A stretch of DNA of 63,794 nt from Candidatus Magasanikbacteria bacterium GW2011_GWC2_37_14. Lineage in GTDB: Bacteria > Patescibacteriota > Patescibacteriia > Magasanikbacterales > UBA922. Positions within the stretch are counted from its first letter, which is position 1. Every line of letters starts with the position of its first letter. The translations under genes and the position numbers were made by a program. A model generated the notes under the pieces. It did not search any database and had not been told where the DNA came from. It saw only the letters and a program-made list of their open reading frames with translations. The DNA lies in the NCBI GenBank assembly GCA_000990355.1, contig LBSX01000011.1, forward strand, positions 1-63,794. Reading direction: 5' to 3'. Positions 52,130-61,944 of this stretch are shown here, piece by piece.

Positions 52130-54151
52130 TTATTTATTTCTTTTTTTCAATTCTCTCACTTCATCCCGTAAAATCACCGCCAACTCAAATTCCAAATTTT
52201 TGGCCGCTGCTTTCATTTGTTTTTCTTTATCTTTAATAATTTCTTCCAGCGGTCGATTGTCACCCAACAAATCTAATTCCAAAATATTATTTTTGGTATT
52301 TCGGACTTTCGCACCTTTTGTATTTCGTACATTAGTAATTCCCAGTTCTCCCAAAATATCTTTAATACTTTTCTGAATTGTTTTTGGTGTAATATTATGT
52401 TTTTTATTATAAGCAAGCTGAATTTCACGACGACGTTGGGTCTCGTCTACAGCTTTTTTGATTGAACCAGTAATATTATCGGCATACAAAATTACTTGGC
52501 CATTTACATTACGCGCCGCCCGACCAATAGTTTGAATTAAACTGGTACTACTACGCAAAAAACCTTCTTTATCCGCATCCAAAATTGCCACTAGGGACAC
52601 TTCGGGCATATCCAAGCCTTCCCGCAACAAATTAACTCCCACCAAAACATCAATTACTCCTTTGCGTAAATTGGTAATTGTTTCAATGCGTTCCAAAGTT
52701 TGAATATCACTATGGATATAACCAACTTTATACTTTTTGTTTAATAAATAATCATTCAAATCTTCGGCCATTTTTTTAGTAAGGGTGGTTACGAGAACTC
52801 GCTCATTACTTTTTACTCTTTCATCAATTCTAACTATCAAATCTTCTATTTGTGATTTTGTTTTTCCACCTGTTATGGGCTTAATAATAATCTCGGGGTC
52901 AATAAGTCCAGTCGGCCTCACAATTTGTTCTACCACTTGTTCGCTCTCTCTTATTTCATAATCGCTAGGTGTAGCCGAAATATATAGTACTTTATTTATT
53001 CGTTCTTCAAATTCCGTATAATTTAAAGGACGATTATCGCGAGCACTGGGCAATCTAAACCCGTGTTCCACCAAAGTATCTTTACGAGATTTATCCCCAG
53101 CAAACATCCCACCAATTTGGGGTACTGTTACATGCGATTCATCAATCACGGTAAGAAAATCCTTATCACTTCTAAAAAAATAATCTAGCAAAGAAAATGG
53201 CGGTTCGCCCAGACTACGGCCATCAAAATGTCGTGAATAATTTTCTATGCCATTGCAATAACCAATATTTTTAATCATTTCCAAATCATAATTGACTCGA
53301 CGTTTTAATCTTTCATATTCTAATACTTTTCCTTTTTTTTCAAAAAAAGCTAATTGCTGTTTTAATTCTTGTTTGATAGTTTTGAAAGCCCTGGTGCGCA
53401 TTTCGGGACTCGCTACATAATGTTTGGCTGGAAACAACCACATGTCACTTACATTGTGTTTTACTTTTCTGGTGACAGCATCTACCATTTCAATCAAATT
53501 TATTTTATCCGATATTTCTAAACGATAAATTATTTCTTCATTCACTGGCATTACTTCAAACACTTGCCCACGCAAGCGAAATGTTCCGCGTTTTAAATCC
53601 GAATTAGTTCTTTCAAATTGCATTTCCACCAATTGTGCCAACATTTCTTGTCGATTTAATTTTTGCCCCATTTCTAAATGTAAAACAATTTTTTCATATT
53701 CTTCGGGCGAACCCAAGCCATAAATACATGAGACCGAGGCCACAATAATTACATCTTTGCGCGTTAAGAGCGCTTGGGTACAAGCATGACGCAAGCGATC
53801 AATTTCTTCATTTATTTGTGCTTCTTTTTCTATATAAGTGTCACTGCCAGGCATATAGGCCTCGGGCTGATAGTAATCATAATAAGAAACAAAATATTCA
53901 ACCGCATTATTAGGAAAAAATTCACGAAATTCATTGCAAAGCTGGGCTGCCAAAGTTTTGTTGTGAGCAATTACCAAAGTTGGCATTTGTGTTTTTTCTA
54001 TTACGTTCGCTATTGTAAAAGTCTTGCCACTCCCAGTAACACCCAGCAAAGTTTGTTTTTTCATCCCCTTTTCTAAACCAAAAACCAAAGACTTTATTGC
54101 CTCTGGTTGACTCCCTGCTGGTTTGTAAGGTGAATGGATTTTGAATTTCAT
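52130..54151 (-). CDS. uvrB: Excinuclease ABC subunit B
   Basis: Motifs GVTGSGKTFT, DESH and the helicase motifs, with a C-terminal UVR domain (LEFELAVILRDEVRELK). Confidence 0.95.
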   Translation of the reverse strand: MKFKIHSPYKPAGSQPEAIKSLVFGLEKGMKKQTLLGVTGSGKTFTIANVIEKTQMPTLVIAHNKTLAAQLCNEFREFFPNNAVEYFVSYYDYYQPEAYMPGSDTYIEKEAQINEEIDRLRHACTQALLTRKDVIIVASVSCIYGLGSPEEYEKIVLHLEMGQKLNRQEMLAQLVEMQFERTNSDLKRGTFRLRGQVFEVMPVNEEIIYRLEISDKINLIEMVDAVTRKVKHNVSDMWLFPAKHYVASPEMRTRAFKTIKQELKQQLAFFEKKGKVLEYERLKRRVNYDLEMIKNIGYCNGIENYSRHFDGRSLGEPPFSLLDYFFRSDKDFLTVIDESHVTVPQIGGMFAGDKSRKDTLVEHGFRLPSARDNRPLNYTEFEERINKVLYISATPSDYEIRESEQVVEQIVRPTGLIDPEIIIKPITGGKTKSQIEDLIVRIDERVKSNERVLVTTLTKKMAEDLNDYLLNKKYKVGYIHSDIQTLERIETITNLRKGVIDVLVGVNLLREGLDMPEVSLVAILDADKEGFLRSSTSLIQTIGRAARNVNGQVILYADNITGSIKKAVDETQRRREIQLAYNKKHNITPKTIQKSIKDILGELGITNVRNTKGAKVRNTKNNILELDLLGDNRPLEEIIKDKEKQMKAAAKNLEFELAVILRDEVRELKKRNK

Positions 54152-55500
54152 ATCTCTACCGTCTCCCCCATCTCGGGCACAAAAGTTTTAATATTAAAAT
54201 TATCACGCAAACGATGTGCAAGTTCGGTAGCCGCATGCGGTTCGCCATGTACACAAAAAATTTGTTCGGGTTTTTTAACAGCTTTTTCTACCCAAAATAA
54301 TAATTTTTTCTGATCACCGTGAGCTGACAAACCACCAACAGCTTTAATTGCACATTTAACTTTTACTTCTTCATTAAAAATTTTTACTTTGCTCGCTCCT
54401 TCATAAAGTTTACGACCGAGAGTATTTTGTGCTTGATAGCCAATCAAAAGCAGTGTAGAAGCAGGGTCGGATAAATAACGTAAAGCGTGATGTAAAATTC
54501 TACCACCATTCATCATCCCTGCTCCAGCAATTATTATTTTTGCGCCCCGAACTTGGTTAATTCTTTTTGATTCTTCGCGAGTATAAGTTAATTGCAAACG
54601 TGGAAAAGCTAAGAAATCATCACCACTTTGTCTTAACTTTGCTGCTTCAACGTCATAATACTCTGGATATTTTTCATAAACCTTCATGGCGTCAATAGCC
54701 AAGGGACTATCCAAAAAAACTGGCACTTCAGGTAGGGTTTTGTCGTATTCCACCAACATATTTAATTCATACAACAATTCTTGAGTTCTTTCCAAAGAAA
54801 ATGAAGGAATCATAATGGTGCCACCGCGTTTTACTCCATCTTTAATTAAATCTAAAATCATTCCCTTTCTAGTTTTGATACCTTCGTGTAAACGATCACC
54901 ATAAGTAGATTCTAAAACCAAAGTTTGAGCTATACCTAACTGTTCAGTATCTTTAACAATTGGTTCATTAATATTGCCAATATCACCCGAAAAAATAATT
55001 TGTTTATTTTCGGCAGTTATGGTAATAAAAGCCGAACCAAAAATATGACCAGCATCACGCCAAACTGCTTTTACCCCAGGTAAAATTTCTATCAGGTCGT
55101 GATAATCTAAACCTTGGCAAAGAGCCACTGTATTGGCAATATCTACGTTATCAAACAAAATTGGCATGCCATATTTTTCATTTTCATCTTGCATAATATG
55201 ATAAGCATCACGCCAAACCAATTCTGCCAATTCCACAGTGGCTTTCGTCATAAAAACACTCCCCTTAAAACCTTCACGCACCAACTTTGGTAAACGGCCT
55301 ACATGATCCAAATGAGCATGAGTAATTAAAACGGCATTAATTTCTGAAGGTTTGAATGGAAAAGCATCGTGATTTTTACCTTCATTAAAATTTGAGCCCT
55401 GGAACATACCACAATCTACCAAAATCTTGTGTTTATTAACTTCTAATAAATGACAAGAACCAGTGACTTCGTGGGCTGCCCCGCAAAATGTAAGTTTCAT
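54148..55500 (-). CDS. Beta-CASP family metallo-beta-lactamase (RNA-metabolising, CPSF/RNase J-like)
   Basis: Motif LITHAHLDHVGRLP, a beta-CASP region and C-terminus HGEP. Its start overlaps the uvrB stop by 4 nt. Confidence 0.85.
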   Translation of the reverse strand: MKLTFCGAAHEVTGSCHLLEVNKHKILVDCGMFQGSNFNEGKNHDAFPFKPSEINAVLITHAHLDHVGRLPKLVREGFKGSVFMTKATVELAELVWRDAYHIMQDENEKYGMPILFDNVDIANTVALCQGLDYHDLIEILPGVKAVWRDAGHIFGSAFITITAENKQIIFSGDIGNINEPIVKDTEQLGIAQTLVLESTYGDRLHEGIKTRKGMILDLIKDGVKRGGTIMIPSFSLERTQELLYELNMLVEYDKTLPEVPVFLDSPLAIDAMKVYEKYPEYYDVEAAKLRQSGDDFLAFPRLQLTYTREESKRINQVRGAKIIIAGAGMMNGGRILHHALRYLSDPASTLLLIGYQAQNTLGRKLYEGASKVKIFNEEVKVKCAIKAVGGLSAHGDQKKLLFWVEKAVKKPEQIFCVHGEPHAATELAHRLRDNFNIKTFVPEMGETVEI

Positions 55501-55628
55501 AGTAAAAGTCTTAAGTTATAAGTTATAAGTTGTAAGTAAATCCTATGACTTACAACTTCATTTAAATTATAGCATCAAATTCCAGACTATACAAAGGCTC
55601 TTTTTTTTGTTATAATAATTCATATTCT

Positions 55629-56297
55629 ATGCGTCGACACCGAGAATCAATTGAAATTCAAGAACCACCAATCAAAGAACTTGGCAAAAAACGTTCTTGT
55701 TTAAAAAGCACTTGCACCACTGGCTGTGGTTGTATTGTTATTTTTATAATTGCTTCACTACTTTTGGTAAAATTTATTGCCGCCCCACGTGCCAAAGAAT
55801 TAAAACAAATACCAGCTAATTTTCCAACTGGAATTCCTATTTACGATAAAGACAATATTGATAAAATTACTTATCTTTCTGGTGCCCAAAAAAATCGTGG
55901 TTTGGAAATCGCCGGCTATTTACCCAAATTTGTACTTTCTCCAATTATGTTGCTTGTAGAGAAAAAAACCCTTGAACCTAGCCAAAACATTCAAGCCGAA
56001 TATGATTGGAAAAATATTAATGAACTAATTAAAAAACCCATTGCTGATCATCGCAGTATTTTACAAATAGAATGGTCGGGATTGCCGGCCGAGCCAGAGT
56101 TTATTAAATCTTTTTTAATTGAAGAGCTTAAAAAAAATTATTATTACGAAATCACTGCTAACAGCGAAAATATTGATCAATTTATCTTTAACAGCCCCAA
56201 CAAAAATATTGAAGGTTCGGTTTATATTCAAAAAAATGATCCAAGCAAAAAAGGCACAGATTACATGTCTTTAATTGTTAATTACCCAGAAGAATAG
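55629..56297 (+). CDS. Hypothetical membrane-anchored protein
   Basis: One transmembrane helix (GCGCIVIFIIASLLLVKFI) and no motif. Confidence 0.5.
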   Translation: MRRHRESIEIQEPPIKELGKKRSCLKSTCTTGCGCIVIFIIASLLLVKFIAAPRAKELKQIPANFPTGIPIYDKDNIDKITYLSGAQKNRGLEIAGYLPKFVLSPIMLLVEKKTLEPSQNIQAEYDWKNINELIKKPIADHRSILQIEWSGLPAEPEFIKSFLIEELKKNYYYEITANSENIDQFIFNSPNKNIEGSVYIQKNDPSKKGTDYMSLIVNYPEE

Positions 56298-56298
56298 G

Positions 56299-57918
56299 AT
56301 GTTTAAAAAATTTCGCTCCGAGACCAATTCTTTTACTGCCGCTGCCCTTATACTTGGGGCAGCGTCTTTTACTTCACGTTTTGTAGGTATTATTCGCGAC
56401 CGTATTTTTGCTCATCAATTTGGCGCTAGCGACATTTTGGATGCTTATTTTTCGGCTTTCAAAATTCCCGACTTACTTTATATACTTTTAATCAGTGGGG
56501 CTTTAAGTGTAGGTCTAATTCCGGTATTTACCAAACTTTTATTAAAAGATAAAAAAGAAGCTTGGGTGTTAATTAGTAATATTACCAACATTGCAGGAAT
56601 TTTTTTATCATTAGCTTCGTTTATTTTAATTATTTTTACTCCCCAACTTGTACCTTTGGTTGCTCCTGGTTTTGATGCTGAAAAAACCAAACTAACCATT
56701 AACATGACCAGAATAATGTTTTTGAGTCCACTTTTTTTGGGTCTATCGGCAATAGTGGGAGGTGTATTACAATCATTAAAAAACTTTTTAATTTATTCTC
56801 TTTCTCCTATTTTTTATAATTTGGGTATTATTCTTGCAGCTTGGTTCTTGGTGCCAATGATTGGGCCAATTGGTTTGGCTTGGGGTGTAGTTTTTGGAGC
56901 TATATTGCACTTGGCAGTACAGTTACCAACTTTTTTTAAAACTGGTTATGTTTATAAAGCTATAATAAATTTTAAAGATACGAATCTTCGCTTAATTGGC
57001 AGATTAATGGTTCCTAGAATATTGGCCCTTTCGGCTTTGCAAATAAATTTAATTGTCACCACAGCTATTGCTTCCACATTGTCAACTGGTAGTATTACAG
57101 TTTTTAATTATGCAAATAATTTACAATCATTCCCTTTGGGCCTGGTGGGGGTATCGTTTGCAATAGCCATTTTTCCGACTTTGTCGGCACTAGCAGCACA
57201 AAACAAAACAGCTGATTATATTAAAAATCTTTCTTCGGCTGTACGACAAATATTGTTCTTTATAACTCCGCTAACGGTAATTTTTTTACTTTTACGAGCC
57301 CAGATTGTTCGTTTGCTCTTGGGCACCGGACAATTTGATTGGAGTGCCACTATTAATACAGCCGATACTTTGGCATTTTTTTCTTTGGGATTTTTTGCCC
57401 AAGCACTTTTACCACTTTTGATCCGCGCTTATTATGCTTTGGAAGATACCAAAACTCCTTTTTTAATTTCTCTTGTTTCTGTAACAGTCAACATTGGTTT
57501 AAGCTTTTTGTTTACTCACGGTAGTTACAATCTAGGTACAGCTGGTTTGGCCTTGGCCTATTCTTTGGCTGGTACTTTAAACGCGGCGCTACTTTGGGTA
57601 TTTTTACATTTAAAAACTGGTGGGCTTGATGAAAATAGAATCATAACCTCTATTTTTAAAATTTCTACTGCTGGTTTATTTATGGGCATTGTTATTCAAG
57701 CTGGTAAATATTTAATTGCTCCTTTGGTAGATATGCAAACTTTTTTGGGAATCTTTATACAGGGTAGTGCTACGGGAATTATTGGCCTCTTAATCTATAT
57801 AATTATTGGCTTACTTCTAAAATCTCATGAAATGATTGTTTTTGTAAACACACTAAAAAATAAATTTATAAAAACTAAAAATCTCCCACCAGATATTTCG
57901 GGAATTAGTGAAATATAA
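56299..57918 (+). CDS. murJ: Lipid II flippase MurJ
   Basis: Motif SRFVGIIRDRIFAHQFGASDILDAYFSAFKIPD and about 14 transmembrane segments. Start at the ATG at 56299, directly after the upstream stop. Confidence 0.9.
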   Translation: MFKKFRSETNSFTAAALILGAASFTSRFVGIIRDRIFAHQFGASDILDAYFSAFKIPDLLYILLISGALSVGLIPVFTKLLLKDKKEAWVLISNITNIAGIFLSLASFILIIFTPQLVPLVAPGFDAEKTKLTINMTRIMFLSPLFLGLSAIVGGVLQSLKNFLIYSLSPIFYNLGIILAAWFLVPMIGPIGLAWGVVFGAILHLAVQLPTFFKTGYVYKAIINFKDTNLRLIGRLMVPRILALSALQINLIVTTAIASTLSTGSITVFNYANNLQSFPLGLVGVSFAIAIFPTLSALAAQNKTADYIKNLSSAVRQILFFITPLTVIFLLLRAQIVRLLLGTGQFDWSATINTADTLAFFSLGFFAQALLPLLIRAYYALEDTKTPFLISLVSVTVNIGLSFLFTHGSYNLGTAGLALAYSLAGTLNAALLWVFLHLKTGGLDENRIITSIFKISTAGLFMGIVIQAGKYLIAPLVDMQTFLGIFIQGSATGIIGLLIYIIIGLLLKSHEMIVFVNTLKNKFIKTKNLPPDISGISEI

Positions 57919-57920
57919 AA

Positions 57921-57945
57921 TCCGCCTCTTCGGCGGATTTTTTTT
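57921..57945 (+). terminator. Rho-independent terminator of murJ
   Basis: TCCGCC-TCTT-CGGCGGA followed by TTTTTTTT. Confidence 0.75.
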
Positions 57946-58010
57946 CGTCATCCCCGCGCAGGCGGGAATCTTTACTTGAGCGATAGATTCCCGCCTGCGC
58001 GGGAATGACG
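57946..58010. repeat. CGTCATCCCCGCG...CGCGGGAATGACG element (intergenic copy)
   Basis: Same about 65-bp family as the copies inside uvrA and uvrC. Confidence 0.8.
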
Positions 58011-58018
58011 CTAAGTTA

Positions 58019-59167
58019 TTACAAACTTATAGCACTTTTCAGCTCTTCCACTTTATCTACTTTTTCCCAACTAAATTCTGGCCGACCAAAATGGCCATAA
58101 GCAGCACTATTTAGATAAACTGGTTTGAGTAAATCCAAATGTTCAATAATTTTTCCCGGACGAAAATCAAATACTTTTTTTACTGCTTCAACTAATTTTT
58201 CTTCATCTACTTTTCCTGTACCAAAAGTATCTACATGAATACTAGTTGGTTCTGCTCGGCCAATTACATAAGCCACCTGAACTTCCACTCTATCTGCCAA
58301 ACCAGCGGCGACAATGTTTTTGGCCACATAACGAGCCATATAGGCACCGGAACGATCTACTTTGCTTGGATCTTTACCGGAAAAACAACCACCACCATGA
58401 CGGCCCATGCCACCATAGGTATCCACAATAATTTTGCGTCCTGTAAGGCCAGTGTCACCTTGAGGTCCACCAATTACAAACTTACCAGTCATGTTAATAA
58501 AAAATTCTGTCTCGGCATTTAAATATTCCGCACAAACTGGTTTAATAACTTTCTCAATAATATCTTTGCGTAAATCTTCCAGAGACACGGTTTCGTGATG
58601 TTGCGCAGCCACCACCACATTTTTTAATTTTACTGGTTTGCCATTTTCGTATTCTACCGCAACTTGCGTTTTACCATCTGGTCGCAAATAATTAATTTCA
58701 CCACTCTTACGCACTTCGGCCAAACGTTTGGCTAATTTATGCGACAAAAGAATTGGCAAAGGCATTAATTCTGGAGTTTCATTGCTGGCATAACCAAACA
58801 TAAGACCTTGATCCCCTGCTCCTTGTTCTTCGACTGATTGTTTATTAACCCCTTGGGCAATATCTGGAGATTGTTCGTGAATAGAAACCAAAACTCCGGC
58901 ATGCTCGGCATCAATACCAAAGGCAGGGTCGGTATAGCCAATATTTTCCAAAACTCCGCGCACAATTTTTTGCACGTCGATATCGGCATGTGTGGTAACT
59001 TCACCGCCAACAATTACCAAACCTGTGGTAGTAAAACATTCTACTGCCACATGGGAATTTTTGTCTTGAGTTAAAAGCGCGTCCAACACGGCGTCGGAAA
59101 TTTGATCGCAAATCTTGTCTGGGTGTCCTTCGGTAACTGATTCCGAAGTAAAAATGTATTTTGACAT
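58019..59167 (-). CDS. metK: S-adenosylmethionine synthetase
   Basis: Motifs [28 protein letters not shown]-like (GGGCFSGKD) and DRSGAY. Confidence 0.95.
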   Translation of the reverse strand: MSKYIFTSESVTEGHPDKICDQISDAVLDALLTQDKNSHVAVECFTTTGLVIVGGEVTTHADIDVQKIVRGVLENIGYTDPAFGIDAEHAGVLVSIHEQSPDIAQGVNKQSVEEQGAGDQGLMFGYASNETPELMPLPILLSHKLAKRLAEVRKSGEINYLRPDGKTQVAVEYENGKPVKLKNVVVAAQHHETVSLEDLRKDIIEKVIKPVCAEYLNAETEFFINMTGKFVIGGPQGDTGLTGRKIIVDTYGGMGRHGGGCFSGKDPSKVDRSGAYMARYVAKNIVAAGLADRVEVQVAYVIGRAEPTSIHVDTFGTGKVDEEKLVEAVKKVFDFRPGKIIEHLDLLKPVYLNSAAYGHFGRPEFSWEKVDKVEELKSAISL

Positions 59168-59269
59168 ATGTTTTGTTTGGCCATTACCCCCCTTGGTAAA
59201 GGGGGGGGGCTAGGGGGGATATTGGCCAATAACCCCCTTAATCCCCCTTTATTAAGGGGGAAATTAAGT

Positions 59270-59408
59270 ATTAAAAAAACGACTTTAGTCGTTCAAGAAG
59301 ATAGACTCGTCCGCCGTAGCCTTAGCGTAGGCGAAAGAATTTTGCTAGCAAGTAATCCCGACCTAGTCGGCATAAAACTTTCTAGCAAAAAGCACCATTT
59401 TCTTGAAC
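59270..59408 (-). promoter_or_regulatory. Structured metK leader with terminator (candidate riboswitch, class unassigned)
   Basis: On the minus strand, a P1-like helix GUUCAAGAA...UUCUUGAAC (59408-59291) encloses UUUUGCUAG...CUAGCAAAA and CCGAC-UAG-GUCGG hairpins. Its 3' arm overlaps the terminator AACGAC-UAAA-GUCGUU plus U7 (59293-59270). Confidence 0.35.
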
Positions 59409-59449
59409 ATAAAAATTATAACAAAATTATAAAAAACAATCAAGAGCAA

Positions 59450-59977
59450 TTAAGCATCGGATCTTAAACCATAATGCTTAAAGACTTGCCCAGCATTCAG
59501 ATTAGTTGTATTTTTGATATCAATTTTAAGTTTTTTTAAGATTGACAAGATATCCTTTTCTGGCCCTTCTAACTCCAAGTAAGTAGGTATTTCTGGATAT
59601 TTATCAATTTCAAACCTTACTTTATGCAAACGATAGGAAATTCTAGTCTTTTTTCGTTTCGTTACACAAAAAAGACCCAAACCATTTAAAATCTTTTCCA
59701 TTAAAGCAAAATCTGATACTTCTACTTGGGTTTCTTCCGAAACTTTGAAGAAAGTTTGATAATTTATTCCTTTGAATTTAAAATTCAAAAAAGTATTGTT
59801 TCCTTCTTTTCTTAAACGACAAAGATTATGAGCTTTTTTTATACTTCTATTTTTAAAATCAAAAATTCGTTCATCAAACAAAGTTTTTTTCATTATCCGT
59901 TTAGCACCAAGAGCCAAAATCTTTTTAATAATTTCTTTTTCATTAATTTCCAAAACTTTTAATTCAATTTCTTTCAT
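59450..59977 (-). CDS. CYTH domain protein (class IV adenylate cyclase / triphosphate tunnel metalloenzyme)
   Basis: N-terminal EIELK (ExExK) motif. 175 aa with a beta-rich pattern. Confidence 0.7.
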   Translation of the reverse strand: MKEIELKVLEINEKEIIKKILALGAKRIMKKTLFDERIFDFKNRSIKKAHNLCRLRKEGNNTFLNFKFKGINYQTFFKVSEETQVEVSDFALMEKILNGLGLFCVTKRKKTRISYRLHKVRFEIDKYPEIPTYLELEGPEKDILSILKKLKIDIKNTTNLNAGQVFKHYGLRSDA

Positions 59978-60003
59978 AGTTCAATAAACTCACTACAAAT
60001 AAA

Positions 60004-60609
60004 TTATTTTCCAACTTTAAACATTGCTTCATGCCCAGGAATAATATAATCGGCAATTGCCAAAATTTTCTCTCGGCTTTTGTTGTATTCTTCTAGACTA
60101 TACAAAAAATCTGGATCGGCTTGTATATTCATATCTGCCATAGCCACACCGTTTATAGCATCGCCAGCTATCACAATTTTGCCTAATTCCGTTTCTACTA
60201 CTACCGAAACATGATCAATAGTATGGCCAATTGTTTCAATTACTTTTACATTATCGGCAATTGGTTCATTTACAATATCAAATCTCTCTATACATCCTTC
60301 AACAATTTTATGAGTCTGGCCGAGATAATTACTATGAATAAATCTATTATAAATTATTGCCTGGGGAAACAAAAAAATATTAGTTGTGTGATCAATATGT
60401 GTATGAGTTAAAATAACTGCTTGTATATCAGTTGTTTTTAAACCTTCATCTTTTAGAGCTTTAAGTAATTTATCTTTATTAACAAAAGCTCCTGGATCGA
60501 CGATGATGTTTATGTTACTTTTAATTAAAGTGGTAGTTGCACCTAAATCCATTTTCCCGTCAGCATTCATTTCGTGTACACCTTCCACTAAAACTTTTAC
60601 TTCTGTCAT
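60004..60609 (-). CDS. MBL-fold metallo-hydrolase
   Basis: Motif THTHIDH, with a later GH and D..H. Start at MTEVKV (60609), 1 nt after the permease stop. Confidence 0.8.
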   Translation of the reverse strand: MTEVKVLVEGVHEMNADGKMDLGATTTLIKSNINIIVDPGAFVNKDKLLKALKDEGLKTTDIQAVILTHTHIDHTTNIFLFPQAIIYNRFIHSNYLGQTHKIVEGCIERFDIVNEPIADNVKVIETIGHTIDHVSVVVETELGKIVIAGDAINGVAMADMNIQADPDFLYSLEEYNKSREKILAIADYIIPGHEAMFKVGK

Positions 60610-60610
60610 A

Positions 60611-61756
60611 TTAAAATAATTTAACCACACTATAAACCCCACCAACCAAGAGTGCTAAGACCAAGAGACCACTTAATAATACTACATGATGTAGTTTGTA
60701 TTTGCCAGTGGGTAAATCTCCGACTTGTTTGGCTTTCCAATAAATTAAAAGTAATAATAATGATTCAGTAGTTAAAAATACCCCGCCCACAATATCGATC
60801 ATGACGATAAACTTTCTAAAACCAGCCACAAATAAAATTAACGGCACGCCACAAGCCACCAAAGTTGCCAAGGGTTTAGAAAATTTATAATCCCAAGATA
60901 AAGAATGACGAAACATTAAGGCGTGCGCCAAAAAACCCATACCCATGGCCAAAGCCGCAAAAATATTACCAAACCAAAATAAATAACTACCAATTTTTTG
61001 TCCCAAACCGATGGTAGCAATTTCGGTAGTAGCTTTGCCAGTAACTCCCAATACTGTGAGTGTAAAAAGTATATAAACAACTATACAAATTAAACTGGAA
61101 ATTAAAATTGCCAATTTAAACTTTTTCTTATCATTTTTTAATAAACTATGAGATTCTAAAACTGCGCCACTACCAGAATAAGCAAATAAAATTACCCCAA
61201 AAGGCAATAAAAATGAAGTAAAATTATGATAAGTAAAATTGATCGTTTCTACATGTGGTACACTAACTAAACTAATAAAAATAATTACGGCCAAAATTAT
61301 TAAACTTAAAAAGAAATCAATTACTTTTAAAACTCGCATGCCCGTATAAACCAAAAATGTAGCAACACCCCAAAAAATTATTCCCCAGGTATTGGGGTCA
61401 CCGCCAAATAATTGTGACAATGATTGTCCTTCACCAATTATATAAACATTTAAAATACCAAACATTACAAAGTACACCAGCAGGGTCATAGTTACTTCGC
61501 CCCAAGTGCCTAAATATTTTTTGGCCAAACCAACCATTTGAAATTCGCCTTTGGTGCGTACGGCAATCTCACCAATAAGCAAATTAAAACCAAGCATGAT
61601 CACACCTAAAAAAAGCAAATAAAAAAGCCCAATAAAACTACCTACCTGGGCTACAGCATACGGCACTCCCAACACTCCCGCGCCAATGGTGCCCGCGACA
61701 ATCAAAGCAATGCCTTCGAATAAACCAATTTCTCTATGGAAGACTCCTTGATGCAT
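60611..61756 (-). CDS. Amino acid permease (APC superfamily, aromatic-amino-acid-permease-like)
   Basis: About 11 transmembrane segments and N-terminus GLFEGIALIVAGTIGAGVLGVPYAV. Start chosen at MHQGV (61756), which follows AGAAGAG. The ORF extends to 61861. Confidence 0.7.
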   Translation of the reverse strand: MHQGVFHREIGLFEGIALIVAGTIGAGVLGVPYAVAQVGSFIGLFYLLFLGVIMLGFNLLIGEIAVRTKGEFQMVGLAKKYLGTWGEVTMTLLVYFVMFGILNVYIIGEGQSLSQLFGGDPNTWGIIFWGVATFLVYTGMRVLKVIDFFLSLIILAVIIFISLVSVPHVETINFTYHNFTSFLLPFGVILFAYSGSGAVLESHSLLKNDKKKFKLAILISSLICIVVYILFTLTVLGVTGKATTEIATIGLGQKIGSYLFWFGNIFAALAMGMGFLAHALMFRHSLSWDYKFSKPLATLVACGVPLILFVAGFRKFIVMIDIVGGVFLTTESLLLLLIYWKAKQVGDLPTGKYKLHHVVLLSGLLVLALLVGGVYSVVKLF

Positions 61757-61870
61757 TACTATCTCTTCTTTTTGTATTCTTTTGTAATTAAAACCAAACA
61801 TAGTAGTGATATTATAACATATCTTGACACACAAATAAATATATTGTATAATTTTAAACAATCAATATCT

Positions 61871-61944
61871 GCACGCCTAGCTCAGTTGGTTAGAGCATCT
61901 CGTTTACACCGAGAGGGTCGAGGGTTCGAATCCCCCGGCGTGTA
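61871..61944 (+). tRNA. tRNA-Val (anticodon TAC)
   Basis: Hand-folded cloverleaf. Acceptor GCACGCC with GGCGTGT (one G-U pair), D stem GCTC/GAGC, anticodon stem TCTCG/CGAGA with loop TTTACAC, and T loop TTCGAAT. No encoded CCA. Confidence 0.85.
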
